Under the pieces are notes generated by a model. The model did no database searches. It worked only from the letters and a program-made list of their open reading frames with translations, and was not told where the DNA came from. This document shows positions 10,801-22,962 of a stretch of 64,000 bases of DNA, one piece after another. The position numbers and the translations under genes are program-made. Within the stretch, counting starts at the first letter, position 1, and every line of letters starts with the position of its first letter. Origin of the DNA: Blastocladiella emersonii ATCC 22665 (Eukaryota > Fungi > Blastocladiomycota); the NCBI GenBank assembly GCA_025594325.1, contig JANHCV010000002.1, positions 2,418,001 through 2,482,000 of the forward strand. The letters run 5' to 3'.

Positions 10801-12384
10801 TGGGGACGAGGGAGTTGTGAGTATGGTGAATCGGCCGTCGTCGGGCTGCAGGCGCCGACAGCGAGAGTCGGACGGTGATGGCCGAGGGTCGAGCGGCCAC
10901 CATTCGCTGCACTCTCGCCCGGCGGTGTGGCGGACAGCGCCGAGCGACGGCGATCAACGCGCAACGCAGTGGCGGCGGGCCCGGCACGAGATGGGTGGCG
11001 AGGGTCAGAGGGAGAAGGGCGCACCACGCGGAATGGCCATGAAGGCGGCGAGCTGGTCGGGCTGCAGATGCATACTCGCGATCGGTGGACAGCAAGTCAA
11101 GGACGCGATGCGATGCGAGCAAGGTGCAAGGAGAGAGAGTGTGAGATGACGAGCGGGATGCCGCTGTTGAGAGGCGCTCGGTTGCGTGCTGGCTGGGGAG
11201 AACAGACTGGCCGCGATGGCCAAGGCGACAACGACCTCGTCCACGCCGCAGCCCACGCGCGCTTGACCATGGCCCGCTCGCCTTGACCTCCGTCGATGCG
11301 AGCCCCCAATCCCTCCGCGATTGCATCTCCCGTGCATTCTCATCGAACACTGCCGTTCGAAGCGAGCAGCGGCCAACCGACCCGCTCGTGCCCCACGCCG
11401 GCCAGCTGCCTGCGCGCGGTCCCGGGCGGCGCTCTTTCGCCGTGGAATTCCACGCGTGCGGGCGGCTGCGGTGGATCATGAAACTGCACCTGCCGAACCT
11501 GGACGTGCCGCTCCACCGCGGCCGTCACCGTCTACGTTGTCTCGGACACGAACGTGTGAGCGCAGGCGCACGCGGAGGACAACGGCAGGCCGAGGTCGCG
11601 TGGGTCCGCATTCGACGCGACCCGGTGAAGTGGACATGGACCAGCAACTGGGCTCGCGTGCGTGTCGCGAGACTCGCGGACAACGGTGCGTGGAACAGTA
11701 AAGCTGGATCGAGCAACGTGGATGCGAACAGTGAAACGAGGCGCGTCGAGGACGGTGACACGGAAGCGGGTGTGATTTTCCATCGAAGTGAGCGCCCAGA
11801 CTGCACCGCATCGCCAGATGAGTGGAAGCGGCGCTAGGTCAGCGTGAGGTGCATGCGCGCCGGCCGCCGTGAGAAGCAACATCCAAGCTATGATATGAGA
11901 AATTCAGCGAGCGGCCGAGACGGGTCCCACGTCGCTTTTGATTGTTGAGCTCGTCGCGCGTTGACCTGCAGAGCGGTCGTCCGCGCCGGTCGCGTGGCGA
12001 AACGCGTCTCGCACGCGCCACGTGACTGTCTCACAGCTCCCACCCGGCGCACGCGGTGCGCTCCGGACGCGCAACGTGGTCCTTCCATCCGGGCGCAGCG
12101 GCGAGTCCACGAACGGGGGTTCCGCCACTTCGACGGCGGCGGCCAGAAACGTTGGCTGATGTTCGCATGATCAGTATCGTGATTCCGGCGGGATCCGACA
12201 GCAACGCGTGGGCACGCTGCCAATTCGTGCGCGTTGGGGGCCTCGCGCTCGCGTTCTTCCGTACTCTTTCCTGTTTCACGACTGTACTGCACCGCATCAT
12301 TGCCGTCCACCGCAGCATCGAGCGTGTGATGGGCCTCCGCCGCAGATGCAGCGCGCCCGGGAGAACAGTACCCGCTGCCCGCTC

Positions 12385-12391
12385 TATATAA
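12385..12391 (+). promoter_or_regulatory. TATA box of the metacaspase-like gene
   Basis: TATATAA about 85 nt upstream of the ATG at 12471, in a GC-rich background. Confidence 0.5.
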
Positions 12392-12470
12392 CCCGGACGC
12401 TCTCCTGCTACTGCTTCAGTCACTCGCCAACCTAGCAACCTTGCTCCCTCGCATCAAATCAAACATCACC

Positions 12471-13768
12471 ATGCCCAACTCGGTCGCCATCTGCATCGGC
12501 CTCAACTACCCCGGCACCGAGTCCGCGCTCGTCGGCTGCGACATTGACGCCAACACAATGTCGGGCGTCGCCGCCTCCATGGGCATCGACAACGTGCACA
12601 CGGTCACCGACGACGCCGCGCCCGTGACGCGCGAGCAGGTGCTCGAGGGGCTCCGCGAGATGGTCGCTCAGGTACGGTGTGCGGCAGCGATGACACGGTC
12701 AGTTGTTCGCGTCCGCGTCAGAGACTAACTCGTCATCGCGCGCCACGCGTCTAGGCCCAGCCCGGCGACTCGCTCCTGTTCTCCTTCTCGGGCCACGGCG
12801 GCCAGGCGACCGACCTGAACGGCGACGAGGGCACCGACGAGTTCATCCAGTGCTCGGACGGGCCCATCACCGACGACGAGATCCGCGCGATCCTCGCCGG
12901 CGTGCCCGAGGGCGCCACCATGACCATGGTCTGCGACTCGTCGGCCTCGGGCACGATCGCCGACATCGACGTCAGCGACATTGACATTGCCGGCAACGTC
13001 GTGGTGCTGTCGGCGTGCACGTCGACCGAGACGGCGGCGACGGGCATCCACGGCTCGCCCTTCACCAACGCCGTGGCCGAGGTCATGGCCAACCACCCGG
13101 GCGTCACCTGGGCCGAGGCCGCCGAGCTCATTGACGCGGCTGACGGCACCAACTTGCAGCTCGCCAACGTGGCCGCCAACCGCGCCGAGCTGCTGTACGA
13201 GCCCGCCTTCGCCCCCGCCACGGACGCGGCGCACGACCACCACGACCACGAGCACCACGCCGAGGACCGCGACGGCGACGGGTACCAGGAGCGCGTCGTC
13301 GAGACGTACGCGGACGGCACCGTGGTCGAGCGCGTCGATATTGATGGCGACGGCGTGGTCGACGTGACGGCGACGCACTACACGGACGGCACCACGATGC
13401 TCGAGCACGACACGAACGGCGACGGGTACGCCGAAACGGTCGCCACGTTCGCCGCCGACGGCTCGGTCACCTACGTGGGAGCCGACGCGCCCGCGTACTC
13501 GGGCGGTGCTGTGGGTGGCGACGGGTACCACGAGACGCAGCTTGACACCAACTTTGACGGCACGCACTCGATTGGCGTCGATTACGACGGCGACGGCGTG
13601 CCCGAGACGAACGCGGACACCAACCACGACGGCCTAATCGATGGCGCCATGGACGTGAACGTGAACGGCACCTCGGACCTCACGCTCAACATGGACCTCG
13701 CGGGCGAGGTGACTGCGCTCGCCGCGGTTGCTGATATCGACATTGGTGCCGACGGCATGTGCTGCTGA
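12471..13768 (+). CDS. Metacaspase-like (peptidase C14) protein with catalytic Cys replaced by Ser and a C-terminal DxDGDG repeat region; join(12471..12671,12755..13768)
   Basis: AICIGLNYPG...LVGCDIDA, LLFSFSGHGGQ (His at 12794-12796) and VCDSSASG where DSCHSG is expected. Intron GTACGG...ACTAAC...CTAG. The tail contains DRDGDG, DIDGDG, DTNGDG, DYDGDG and ends GMCC. Confidence 0.85.
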
Positions 13769-14552
13769 GCCAGATTCTCTGTTCTGAGGCGCCGTCCTAC
13801 CTTTTTGTTCCCAGTTTTGCTCGCTCGTATTCATGGATGATGTTTGTCGTGTCGGTTTAATCACTTTTCATACACGACGCCTCTTTTTGTGACATTCCTC
13901 TCGCGCCGGACCCCTTTCAAACTTCGAGAGCAATTTATTCAGGGTCGTTTCGCGCCGGACGGTGAAGGTTCAGGGATCGTTTGCGATAGTCGAGACAGCA
14001 TGCGAGGCAGGTTTCTTGGGTGTTCTCGCTGAGCGAAGGTGACCGAGAACCACCGCCATCAATCGACGAGATCATGGAAGCTTCTAACCTGTCCTTATGT
14101 TCATTGTAAGCGCCGCACATGAAGGACCTATTTTCGAATCTGTCAAGAGCTGAGCAGCGAGTGGACTGACAAAGCAACCGCCGGCTGGGAGACCATTTTC
14201 AGGCCGTGTGTGGCGCAACGCGTGCTGACAGGAGCGTTCGTGTGGCTGAGGCGCGTCCGCAGACAGGCTGAGCCACAGCTGCTGAGAGCCGTCGGATCAG
14301 GTCAGCATCCACTCACGCCTTTTTGCTGCGCTGGACACTGGATGGCGCGTTTTGTTTACACATCCGCACGCTCGACTTGGAGACACGTCGGTCCGTGGAT
14401 CCGGGTGAAGGCGGCGCGACCATAGCCCGTGTCTCCAGTGCTGCAGTGCGTGCTGTGCTCACTCATCCAGTCGCGCGTCGCTCGCTCGGATTGGAAACGT
14501 TCGCCTCCTGGTTCAGAACCGTCGACAAGCGGTCTGCGTGATCTGTCGCGCG

Positions 14553-14560
14553 TATATAAA
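14553..14560 (+). promoter_or_regulatory. TATA box of the NmrA-like gene
   Basis: TATATAAA about 100 nt upstream of the ATG at 14656. Confidence 0.55.
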
Positions 14561-14655
14561 GCCCGCGTACCCGCCGACCCATCTCTGACCATCACCACTC
14601 GAGCACTTGCATCCCCCCTCACTAACCACCACCCAACCCCTCACACACACACAAA

Positions 14656-15516
14656 ATGAATGCCAACACCATTGCCCTCATTGGTCACCGCGGCCTCGCG
14701 GGCAAGCCCATCGTCGAGGCCCTCGCCAAGTCGGCCGCCAAGAAGGTCAAGGTCCTGCACCGTCCCGGCTCGGACGCCGCGGGCCTGCCCGCCAACGTCG
14801 AGGCCATCGAGGTCGATTTCGCCGACACGGCCGCTCTCGCCAAGGCGCTCGTGGGCGTCGATATCTTCATCTCGGCCGTCGGCGCGCCGGGCATCGCGGC
14901 GCAGCTCGACCTGATCCCCGCCATCAAGGCGGCCGGCGTCAAGCTGTTCGTGACGTCGGACCTGTCGGTCATGTACACGCCGCAGGAGCGCCGCGTGTTC
15001 CCGCTGCTCGAGACCAAGGTGCAGGTCGAGGAGGCGCTCGCGGCCGCGGGCGTTCCGTTCACCGTCGTCCTGTCGGGCGGGTTCACCGAGTACTGCCTCG
15101 CGACGCCGTTCATCGGCATCGACGTCAAGGGCAACGCGCTGCGCCTGGTCGGCGACGACGCGCGCACGCACTCGATCGCGCTCAGCTCGACGGCGTACAT
15201 TGGCGCCGCGTACGCGTCGCTGTTCGCAACGACGCCTGCGGCCGAGCTGGCGGGCCGCACCATTGGGTTCAGCGAGCTCGTGGCCAACGGCGACCAGATC
15301 GCGGCGGCGCTCGCCAAGAAGCACGGCGGCGTCGCGCCCGCCGTCACGGTGCAGTCGCTGGCCGAGGTCGACGCCGAGATCAAGACGAGCGACTTTGCGC
15401 TGGCACCGCTGCTCCGCAAGAAGTGGGGGACCGGATTCTTCACGGTCGGGTCCGACGTGCACGTCGTGCCCGGGTACCAGCGCCGCACCCTCGACGACTT
15501 CGTTGCGAGCATTTGA
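14656..15516 (+). CDS. NmrA-like / isoflavone-reductase-like NAD(P)-binding oxidoreductase (atypical SDR)
   Basis: IALIGHRGLAGKPIVEAL Rossmann motif, GVDIFISAVG, IKAAGVKLFVTSD, K...VEEALAAAGVPFTVVLSGGFTEY. Intronless, 286 aa, host-like codon usage. Confidence 0.85.
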   Translation: MNANTIALIGHRGLAGKPIVEALAKSAAKKVKVLHRPGSDAAGLPANVEAIEVDFADTAALAKALVGVDIFISAVGAPGIAAQLDLIPAIKAAGVKLFVTSDLSVMYTPQERRVFPLLETKVQVEEALAAAGVPFTVVLSGGFTEYCLATPFIGIDVKGNALRLVGDDARTHSIALSSTAYIGAAYASLFATTPAAELAGRTIGFSELVANGDQIAAALAKKHGGVAPAVTVQSLAEVDAEIKTSDFALAPLLRKKWGTGFFTVGSDVHVVPGYQRRTLDDFVASI

Positions 15517-16019
15517 TTGTTGCGAGTGGACCAACGCGAATTCATTTGATACTCGGTTTTCCACTCACTCATTGATGGAAAGAATCATCGCTCGCTGGAA
15601 AGGACACGCGAGGTGACCAACGCAAACAAGTGCCATATGAAAGCGCTCGTGTTGGCGGAGCAATCTCGTCCTCGGGCCAGACATCAATCATTGAGATTGG
15701 TATGAGGAGCAGGGCAGCAAAGTAGGAGGCCAGCAAGCGGTAAACGGGCGCGATCCAACTCTTGCGAAGCGACGACAGCCTTGTATTGCAGCTCTGCTAC
15801 CTGAGAAAAGCTTGTTTGGCGCGTGCCTCTTCGCTCGAACCGCTTGATGGGCCCGGACAGCTGTGTCTCCAGCTCGCTCGCTTTAGTGCACGCGCATACG
15901 GAGCGACGAGGCCCGCGTGCGAGTAGTTCCAGTGGTGTTCCAAAGAACGAGGTCCAAGGGCTCCATGAAGTCTCCGGAAGACAGTCTAGCGCTCTACGTA
16001 TGTGGATGGGGGCCGTCGT

Positions 16020-16260
16020 TCGGACAGGCGAGCGCGGTCTCCGAGCCGAATGGCGCGCCACAGCTCGGCAACGTGTTGGTGGCCACCGGCAACGCATAGA
16101 GCAGCAAGTCAAGTTGATGATTCATGAGCTCACGTTGCATCTGCTGGGAACTGCAGGAGCGTTGACGAGGACGAAAGCGAGACGGAACAGCAGCAGGGAC
16201 AGGCGCACGTGGCGCCAGGCCAGCGCCTCGCCGCGCGCCGCCACGTCGCCGCCGTCTCCT
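16020..16260. repeat. Diverged duplicated segment, copy 1 (copy 2 at ~19420-19660)
   Basis: gcatagagcagcaagtcaagttgatgattcatgagctcacgttgcatct (~16095-16142) matches gcatagagcagcaagtccagttgacgattcatgagcttacgttgcatct (~19496-19544). Similarity extends through gaaagcgagacggaa and gcgcacgtggcg. Confidence 0.8.
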
Positions 16261-16844
16261 TGCGCAAAGTCCCGCGGCAAGTAACCAGGACGCGACGCGA
16301 CGCGACGCGACGCTAGGCCTGGCGGGCACAACGGCAGTGTAGTAATAGCGGCGGCGGCGGCGCAGGAAGAGCGAGTCCATCAACAGCAGGGGAAGGATAA
16401 GGACACAATGAGCAAGAATTTCGAGCTCGGGTCACCTCAGGAGACAAGGCACTGCAAGCCCAGGCAACGTGAAAGCATCCCGCGGCATGCTTCTCCGCTC
16501 ACGAGCTCGCTTAAGCAGCGCTCGTGCAGTCGCAAGAACAGATCGCAAGACCGATGTCAACGGAGCACTCAACCCAACTAACGGTCGAGTCGAGCAGAGC
16601 ACGTGGCCGTGCAAGCGCCACCCAAAAGCGCCGAGGTGGGACAGGACCGGCGTATCGTCGATTTCATGATTTATGGAATCCATTGCATAGAGTAAATGAG
16701 CTTCATTGAATAAGGAGAGCATACGGGAGGGGAGCGGGGCGGAAGCGAGAGCCGAAGCGAAGTGGCGCAACGCGACACGGGGAGTGATGTCATTGAGAAA
16801 GGTGTGACTGTAACGTGACGAGCGTTGCCACGAAATCGCAGCGC

Positions 16845-16892
16845 CTATAGCTTGGGCAAAGCCCCGCACTATAGCTTGGGCAAAGCCCCGCA
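16845..16892. repeat. Perfect 24-bp tandem duplication CTATAGCTTGGGCAAAGCCCCGCA x2
   Basis: Read directly at 16845-16868 and 16869-16892. Confidence 0.9.
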
Positions 16893-17291
16893 AAGAGGGC
16901 TTTAGCCTTCGACTTGTGGCGTGCCTTGACTTATGATCGTGTTCCAATGGTTTAACAACTGGTTGCATCTACGAACAGTCATCGAGTTGGGGTCATACTT
17001 CGGGACGCAAGCTCGCGCGAAGCCCAAGATGCACCACACCCACCCGCCACTGAAGTATTCGCACAGAACTGATCAACGCTCGCCGGCAGGACCTACGAGG
17101 TCGGGCCCCAGCAAAATTTGGACGCTTGCGCACAAGCTTGGAGGCGCGCGCGCTGCCTTCGCTGCGCCGTCTCCCACGAGCTCTTGGCCCGTTGTCTTGC
17201 TTGTTTCGCGCGACAGCTTAGTTTGGCGGGCGGACACGAAGCTTGGGTCCCCTTCCTCCACGCTCTTGAGATCTAACACACTTTCGCAGTA

Positions 17292-19099
17292 ATGAAACTT
17301 GGAATCATGAAGCGGCGCTCGAAAGTCACGTACTCTGCCGCTGTCGCGCTGGCGGCGGTGACGGTTGGCTTTCTCTTCGTCGGGACAAATGTGGTCGCGG
17401 ACACCGCTAGCCCGAATGGTCTCTTCCCCGACTCGGGCGGGATCCTGCACAAGACGTCTTCGGCGTCGTCCATGTTGCCCGACCTCTCGGGCCTCGCCAA
17501 CCTGGTCGGCAGCGGCGAGCAGTACATCGTTCAGCTGCGCGAGGACATTGACACGGACATTGGTGCATTGTCGGCATTTTCGGCGTCAAGTCACGGGCAA
17601 CGCTGAAATCCCGCATCGTGTAGTCGATCAGCACCTCGAGTGGCTCAAAGCCCAGCTCGGGTCGACGCTGCCCGTGGGCGACGTGATCCAGCGCTACCAT
17701 TTCGGGCCTGGCCACTTCCACGGGTACCTCGGCAAGTTCCACCCGTTTGTGGTCGAGCTGCTGCGCGGCCTGCCCATCATCAAGTCGATTGAAAAGGACC
17801 AGACTGTCTCGCTGAGCCAGGTCGTCATCGACAAGCCGGCCGTGTCGCAGTCGCGCGCGCCGTAGAACCTCGCCCGCATCTGGCAGCGCAAAGTGACCCA
17901 GCCCGACGTGTACAGCTTCAACCCGCGGTCCGGGCGCGACGTCGACGTGTACCTGCTCGATACGGGTGTGACGCCACGTACGTCCTCTAACTCTGGTGAT
18001 GGTCGGGTTGTACTGACCTGGGCGAACGCTTTCAGATCACGTCCAGCTCGAGGGACGCGTCAAGGCCGGGCCCAACTTCTCTTCAGACAACACGAGCGAC
18101 GGTACGTGCTTCCGTTCCTGATACGCCTCGTGCACCTACGGCTCACTACCCCCATTCCAGATCTCAATGGCCACGGAAGCCACGTCGCCGGCATCACAGG
18201 CGGCACGATCAGTGGGATCGCCAAGAATGTGACGATCCTCAATATGAAGGTGCTCAACGCAGCGGGGTCGGGGACCTGGAGCGGCATGATTTCGGCGCTC
18301 AACTGGTACGAGCTGTTCCTTGACGGATGCTGGTCCAAGGCGCGCTGACCTCCGATACCTCGTATCCAGGGTCGTGATGCGCAAGAACTCGACTGGACGC
18401 GCCTCGGTCGTCAAGTACGTGCGCATGATTATCGAAACTCGCGGCGTAGCTAACACCGAGAGCCGCAACTAGCATGTCGATCTCTGGCGCGAAAAGCGAC
18501 GCGCTCAACGCGGCGGTCAAGAGCGCCGTCGACAACGGCGTGCACGTGGTCGTGGCTGCGGGCAACTCGGGCGCCGACGCGTGTCTCGCGTCGCCAGCGT
18601 CCGCGTCGCTGATCTCGCCGGGGGTCTTTGTCGTCGGCGCAATCAACGCGCAGGACGGGTTGACGTCGTGGAGCAACTGGGGAAGCTGGTCCGGTTGTTT
18701 GGCCTGAGCGGGCGGGAACCATCTCACACTCCTGCACGTGTAGCGTGAACGTGATCGCTCCAGGCGACGCGATCACGTCCGTGGACCGCACTTCGACGAC
18801 CGGCACCATCATGATGAGCGGGACGTCGATGGCGTCGCCCCATGTCACGGTACGACGGTTTGCCACCTGGTTCCGAGACGGCGGCTAACCTTTTGGCACA
18901 ACAGGGCGCGATCGCGGGCATCCTGGCGCAGGTCGTTATGCCGCCGGCGCTCATGGTGCGGTACATGCGCAACGCGGCGACCAAGAACGCGGTCAGCCTC
19001 ATGGGCCGCGCCAACACGGGTAACAACCTGCTGTTCCTGAACGCGAGCCGCGTGACGGCGGAAGTGGTCAAGACTTACTTGCGCATGTCGGCGAGCTAG
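17292..19099 (+). CDS. Subtilisin-like S8 serine protease (proteinase K/PRB1 type) with I9 propeptide, multi-intron; in-frame TAG at 17863-17865 (possible pseudogene)
   Basis: N-terminal hydrophobic segment and propeptide YIVQL. The triad motifs VYLLDTG, DLNGHGSHVAG and MSGTSMASPHV are present, as is the oxyanion motif VVAAGNSG. Several GT-AG introns. AP*NLARI occupies the conserved APWxLxRI motif. Confidence 0.85.
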
Positions 19100-19419
19100 C
19101 TCACCTGCCGCAGATGCGGGCCAAAGTCTGATTGACTTGATTATTCGACTCCTTCAAATTCCATCGTTATCTGCAGTGACCCCGCTTTGGCGAAGCAGCG
19201 CGGCTAGGCTGCACAGCCACTGAAGCTCCAAAAACGCGGTTTTGTGGAAATCACCGTCAGCGAGTGATCAAGCAAGGGCGGGAGCCCCCGAGTAGTCGGG
19301 CTGCTTGGCCAGCTCAGCGAGTGGAGAGCCTCGAGAGCGAGCGGCCGGTGCGACGTGTGGTTCCAACGCCAAGCATCGTGGTCGACGACACAACTGCTCG
19401 ACCGCGCTGCGTGTTGACG

Positions 19420-19660
19420 AGTTCGCGAGAGCAGCGTGGTCCCCGAGCTGGCTCGCACGCTGCACCTCGCCAGCTCACTTGCGGCCACCCGAAATGCATA
19501 GAGCAGCAAGTCCAGTTGACGATTCATGAGCTTACGTTGCATCTACGGGAACTGCAGAGGAGAGAGGAAGCTGGCGAAAGCGAGACGGAAAAGTACCAAG
19601 GACTTGCGCACGTGGCGTCATTCGTGCGCCTCGCCCGCGCGCCGCCACGTCGCCGCCGTC
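19420..19660. repeat. Diverged duplicated segment, copy 2
   Basis: Same orientation as the 16020-16260 copy; the two copies flank the subtilase gene. Confidence 0.8.
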
Positions 19661-19833
19661 TCCTTCGCGCCGCCCGCCGCTCTCCCCAAACCGCACTCCT
19701 GCCCGACGCTCCTCCGCGGATCACAACGAAGCTACACGGACGCGAGTACCCGCAACCCACGCAGCGAGCCATCTCACGCGCGCTGCCACCAACCCCGGCT
19801 CGCCGATCGACCTCTACCCTCAGCAACACAACC

Positions 19834-20997
19834 ATGGTTCGATCGGCTTTCGCGACGTTCATGTTCTCTCGACTGTGATGGAGACTGACAGCGCTCTCGA
19901 CGTGTAGGTCAACGCACCAACTTCGTTCGACTCGCAGCACGAGGATATCATCGTACGGCTTCTCGCCGTGCTCCACCACTCGCCCTCGAGCGCTTACACT
20001 CTGGACTGTAGCACGACGCGCAGTTCGACCACTACGGCAAGCGCCTCGCGACGTGCTCGTCGGACCGCTCCATCAAGGTGTTTGACGTGGACGGCGATGC
20101 GCAGACGCTCGTCGACACGCTCAAGGGGTACGCGCGCGTTCTTCGGTCGTCCAGACCGATCAAACCACTCACACCCGACTCCAACCGTGTAGCCACGAGG
20201 GCCCCGTCTGGTCCGTGGCGTGGGCACACCCGAAGTGGGGCTCGCTCCTCGCGTCGGCCTCGTACGACGGCCGCGTCTTCATCTGGCGCGACTCGGGCAA
20301 CGGCTCCTTCGCCAAGGTGCACGAGCACCTCAACCACTCGGCGTCCGTCAACTCGATCGCCTGGGCCCCGCACGAGTACGGCCTGATCCTCGCCGCGGGC
20401 TCGTCGGACGGCTACGTGTCCCTCGTCGCGTACGACGAGCTCAGCCAGACGTGGGACGGCAAGGCCAAGTTCATGGCCCACACCATCGGCGTCAACGCCG
20501 TCGCCTGGGCCCCCGCGACCCACGCCGCCGCGCTTTTCGGGTCCGCCACCGCCTCTGCTGCTGACTCGCCGACTGGCGCGACGGCGACCGCGCTCCCCGC
20601 GCGCCAGCTCGCGACCGCCGGGTGCGACAACCTCGTCAAGGTGTGGTCGTTTGACGCGTCGGCGGCCGCCAACGAGGCGCCCTCGTCCGCTCCCCTCTCG
20701 CTGGCCGCGCACGAGGACTGGGTGCGCGACGTGGCGTGGGCGCCCAACGTCGGAATCCCGGCCACGTACCTGGCGTCGTGCTCGCAGGACAAGACCGTGT
20801 ACGTGTGGACCAAGGGGTCGCCGCTCGACGCCGAGTTCGTCCCGCACAAGGTGCACACGTTCGCCGACGTGGTGTGGCGCGTGTCGTGGTCGCTCGCCGG
20901 CGACGTGCTCGCCGTCGCCTCGGGCGATAACAAGGTCACGCTGTGGCGGGAAAACGCCCAGGGCGGCTGGGAGAAGGTGTCGACGCTCGAGGAGTAA
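19834..20997 (+). CDS. SEC13: COPII coat/nuclear pore WD40 protein Sec13
   Basis: After three short introns: [96 protein letters not shown]. Confidence 0.95.
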
Positions 20998-21121
20998 CGG
21001 ACGCGTCGTCTCGCTAGTGGTTTGTTGTTGAATGTTCGGTTGATATACTCTGATGATCATCAAACACATTCCGATTACGAAGGACGCAGAGAGACACGAA
21101 CACCACCGACCCGGACGCGGA

Positions 21122-22962
21122 CTACTGCATTTTGAACGCGAGCGGAAACGAGACGTAGGCGTTGAACTCCTTCTCGACGCCCGCAATGAGGCTCATCTCC
21201 TCAAACTCCTGGTCGAGCTCCTTGCTGTCCTTGCCCACTACGCCGCCGAGCCCGCCCGCGTTGAAGTAGCCGTTGAGGACGGTGCGGATCTTCTTCTCGT
21301 GCTTGGGCGCGGTCGGCTCGATGGCGGCCACGACAAAGTCTGGTGGCAGGCCGTACCGCAGCACGCTCTCGACGAAGATGCGGACCGCCTTGATGTGGAC
21401 CCAGCACGCGAACAGCTCGCTGAAGTTGGTCTTGGTCAGCCGCAGCAGCTGGCCCCAGTGCTCCTTCTCGAGCGTCTGCAGCTCCTGCCGCTGCCGCTTG
21501 GTCTGCTCCAGGTCCTTTTCGTCGAACTTGTACTCGCGCGGCGTGAACCTAGCGTGTGTACGGCGTCAGTTGAGCGGTGTGCGGGGGAGGGGGAGAGGGA
21601 GAACCGTACTTGAGCTCGCGGCACTTGTTGGTGAACTCGTCGGCGACGCGCTGGAACAGGGTCACGGTGAAGAGCCCGTACTCTTCGTCCTCGGCAATCT
21701 TCCTGTGGTATGAGGGAACGCGTCAGCGAGGCGTCTCACGTACAGCGCGCAGGAGGGGAGAAAGCGTACTGGGTCGAGCGCGGCACGACCATCTGCGTGA
21801 GCGTCTCGTACGACGACTCCCACAGCTGGTACGACTGGCTAGACGCGTCGAAGGCGAGGCGGTCGGGTCAGCGCGGAGTAGACGACGGTGCGGATCGAGC
21901 ACGCGTACCGCGGCACGGCGACCAGCAGCGTCGTGAGGTACTCGGAGTCGAGGACAAAGTGCTCCTTGCGCACGATTTCGACGAGTGAGCGCACCGAGAG
22001 GTTACCACTACACAAGCACGACCGTCAGCTCAAGTCAAGCACCTCCGAGCCAGCAGCAACGCACGTCATCTTGCGCTCCATGGCCTGCAGGTTGCCCTTG
22101 ATTTGGTTGTAGGCGTTGGCGCGGGCCTTCATGGTGGAGTCGATCTGGGCCACCTCCTGCTGGATCGCGTCGACGATCTCGCGCAGCGGCTTGTCGATGC
22201 GGTACTTCATGGCGTTCCACGAAAAGGACCGCACAAAGTCGTCCGTGGAGCCTAGACGCGAGAGAGCGAGCGGCGCGAGATGGGGGCGAGCACAGTGTGA
22301 GCGACGCGAAGTCGGGGAAGGAGGGCTGCGGGTGCTGGGAGGGCAAAGGAGCGGGAAGGCGGAGGAGGAGGGAGGATGGAGAGGTGGTGGTCCTGGCGAG
22401 CGGGTAAGAAACACGCAGCGGACCGATCACAGTGGCGAGGGCGATGAGGGGAGGGACAGAGGTGAGAGCGTTGAGCGATGCAGAAGGCGTCGGCGTGGGC
22501 GTGGGCACAGTCAGGCGCGAGACAGACTCTGGGAGGGATGCGAAAACGACAGGCCACGAGGCGGGCAGGATGGCGAGGGTAAGGGTCGGTGAGCGAGAGC
22601 GAGACCGCAGCAGCTCACTCCCACCCGGGCAGCGAGGGATCGAGAAAGCGAGAGGAGCGAGGTCGATGCATACGGTTCCCGACAACGAGCGTGGCCTCGA
22701 CCTGCTTCACGTCGCCGTTGAGCAGCGTCTTCATGAGGTCGACGAGCTTGTTGCTCGACACCTCGGCGGCGGCGTCGATCTTGGCCAGGTCGTCGGACAG
22801 CTTGACGAGCGAGTCGAGCGTGCCAACCTTGAGGTCCGGGATGATGAAGTTGGACACGTCGGCGAGCGGCGACGACGAGGCCGCCAGCGCCCCCTTGACG
22901 TGGTTCAGCCGGTCCTGCTTGTTGCCGGCCGCGGGCAGCGACACGAGCCAGAACTTGCCCAT
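21122..22962 (-). CDS. VMA5: V-type ATPase V1 subunit C, multi-intron
   Basis: [56 protein letters not shown]. Convergent with SEC13. Confidence 0.95.

Noticed and set aside
11283-11837. 184-aa ORF as a possible gene or transposon relic
   Set aside because: No recognisable motif, splice pattern or convincing codon bias.
16432-16968. 178-aa minus-strand ORF in a lower-GC tract
   Set aside because: No identifiable family and it starts within the tandem duplication region; unsupported.
17863-17865. TAG reassignment (alternative genetic code)
   Set aside because: TAG is the normal terminator of several intact genes here (for example at 19099, 37183, 41976 and 58870), and no other internal TAG was seen in conserved genes.
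22255-22675. Unusually long (~420 nt) VMA5 intron as a snoRNA host
   Set aside because: No convincing C/D or H/ACA box arrangement was seen; it is a pyrimidine-rich low-complexity sequence.
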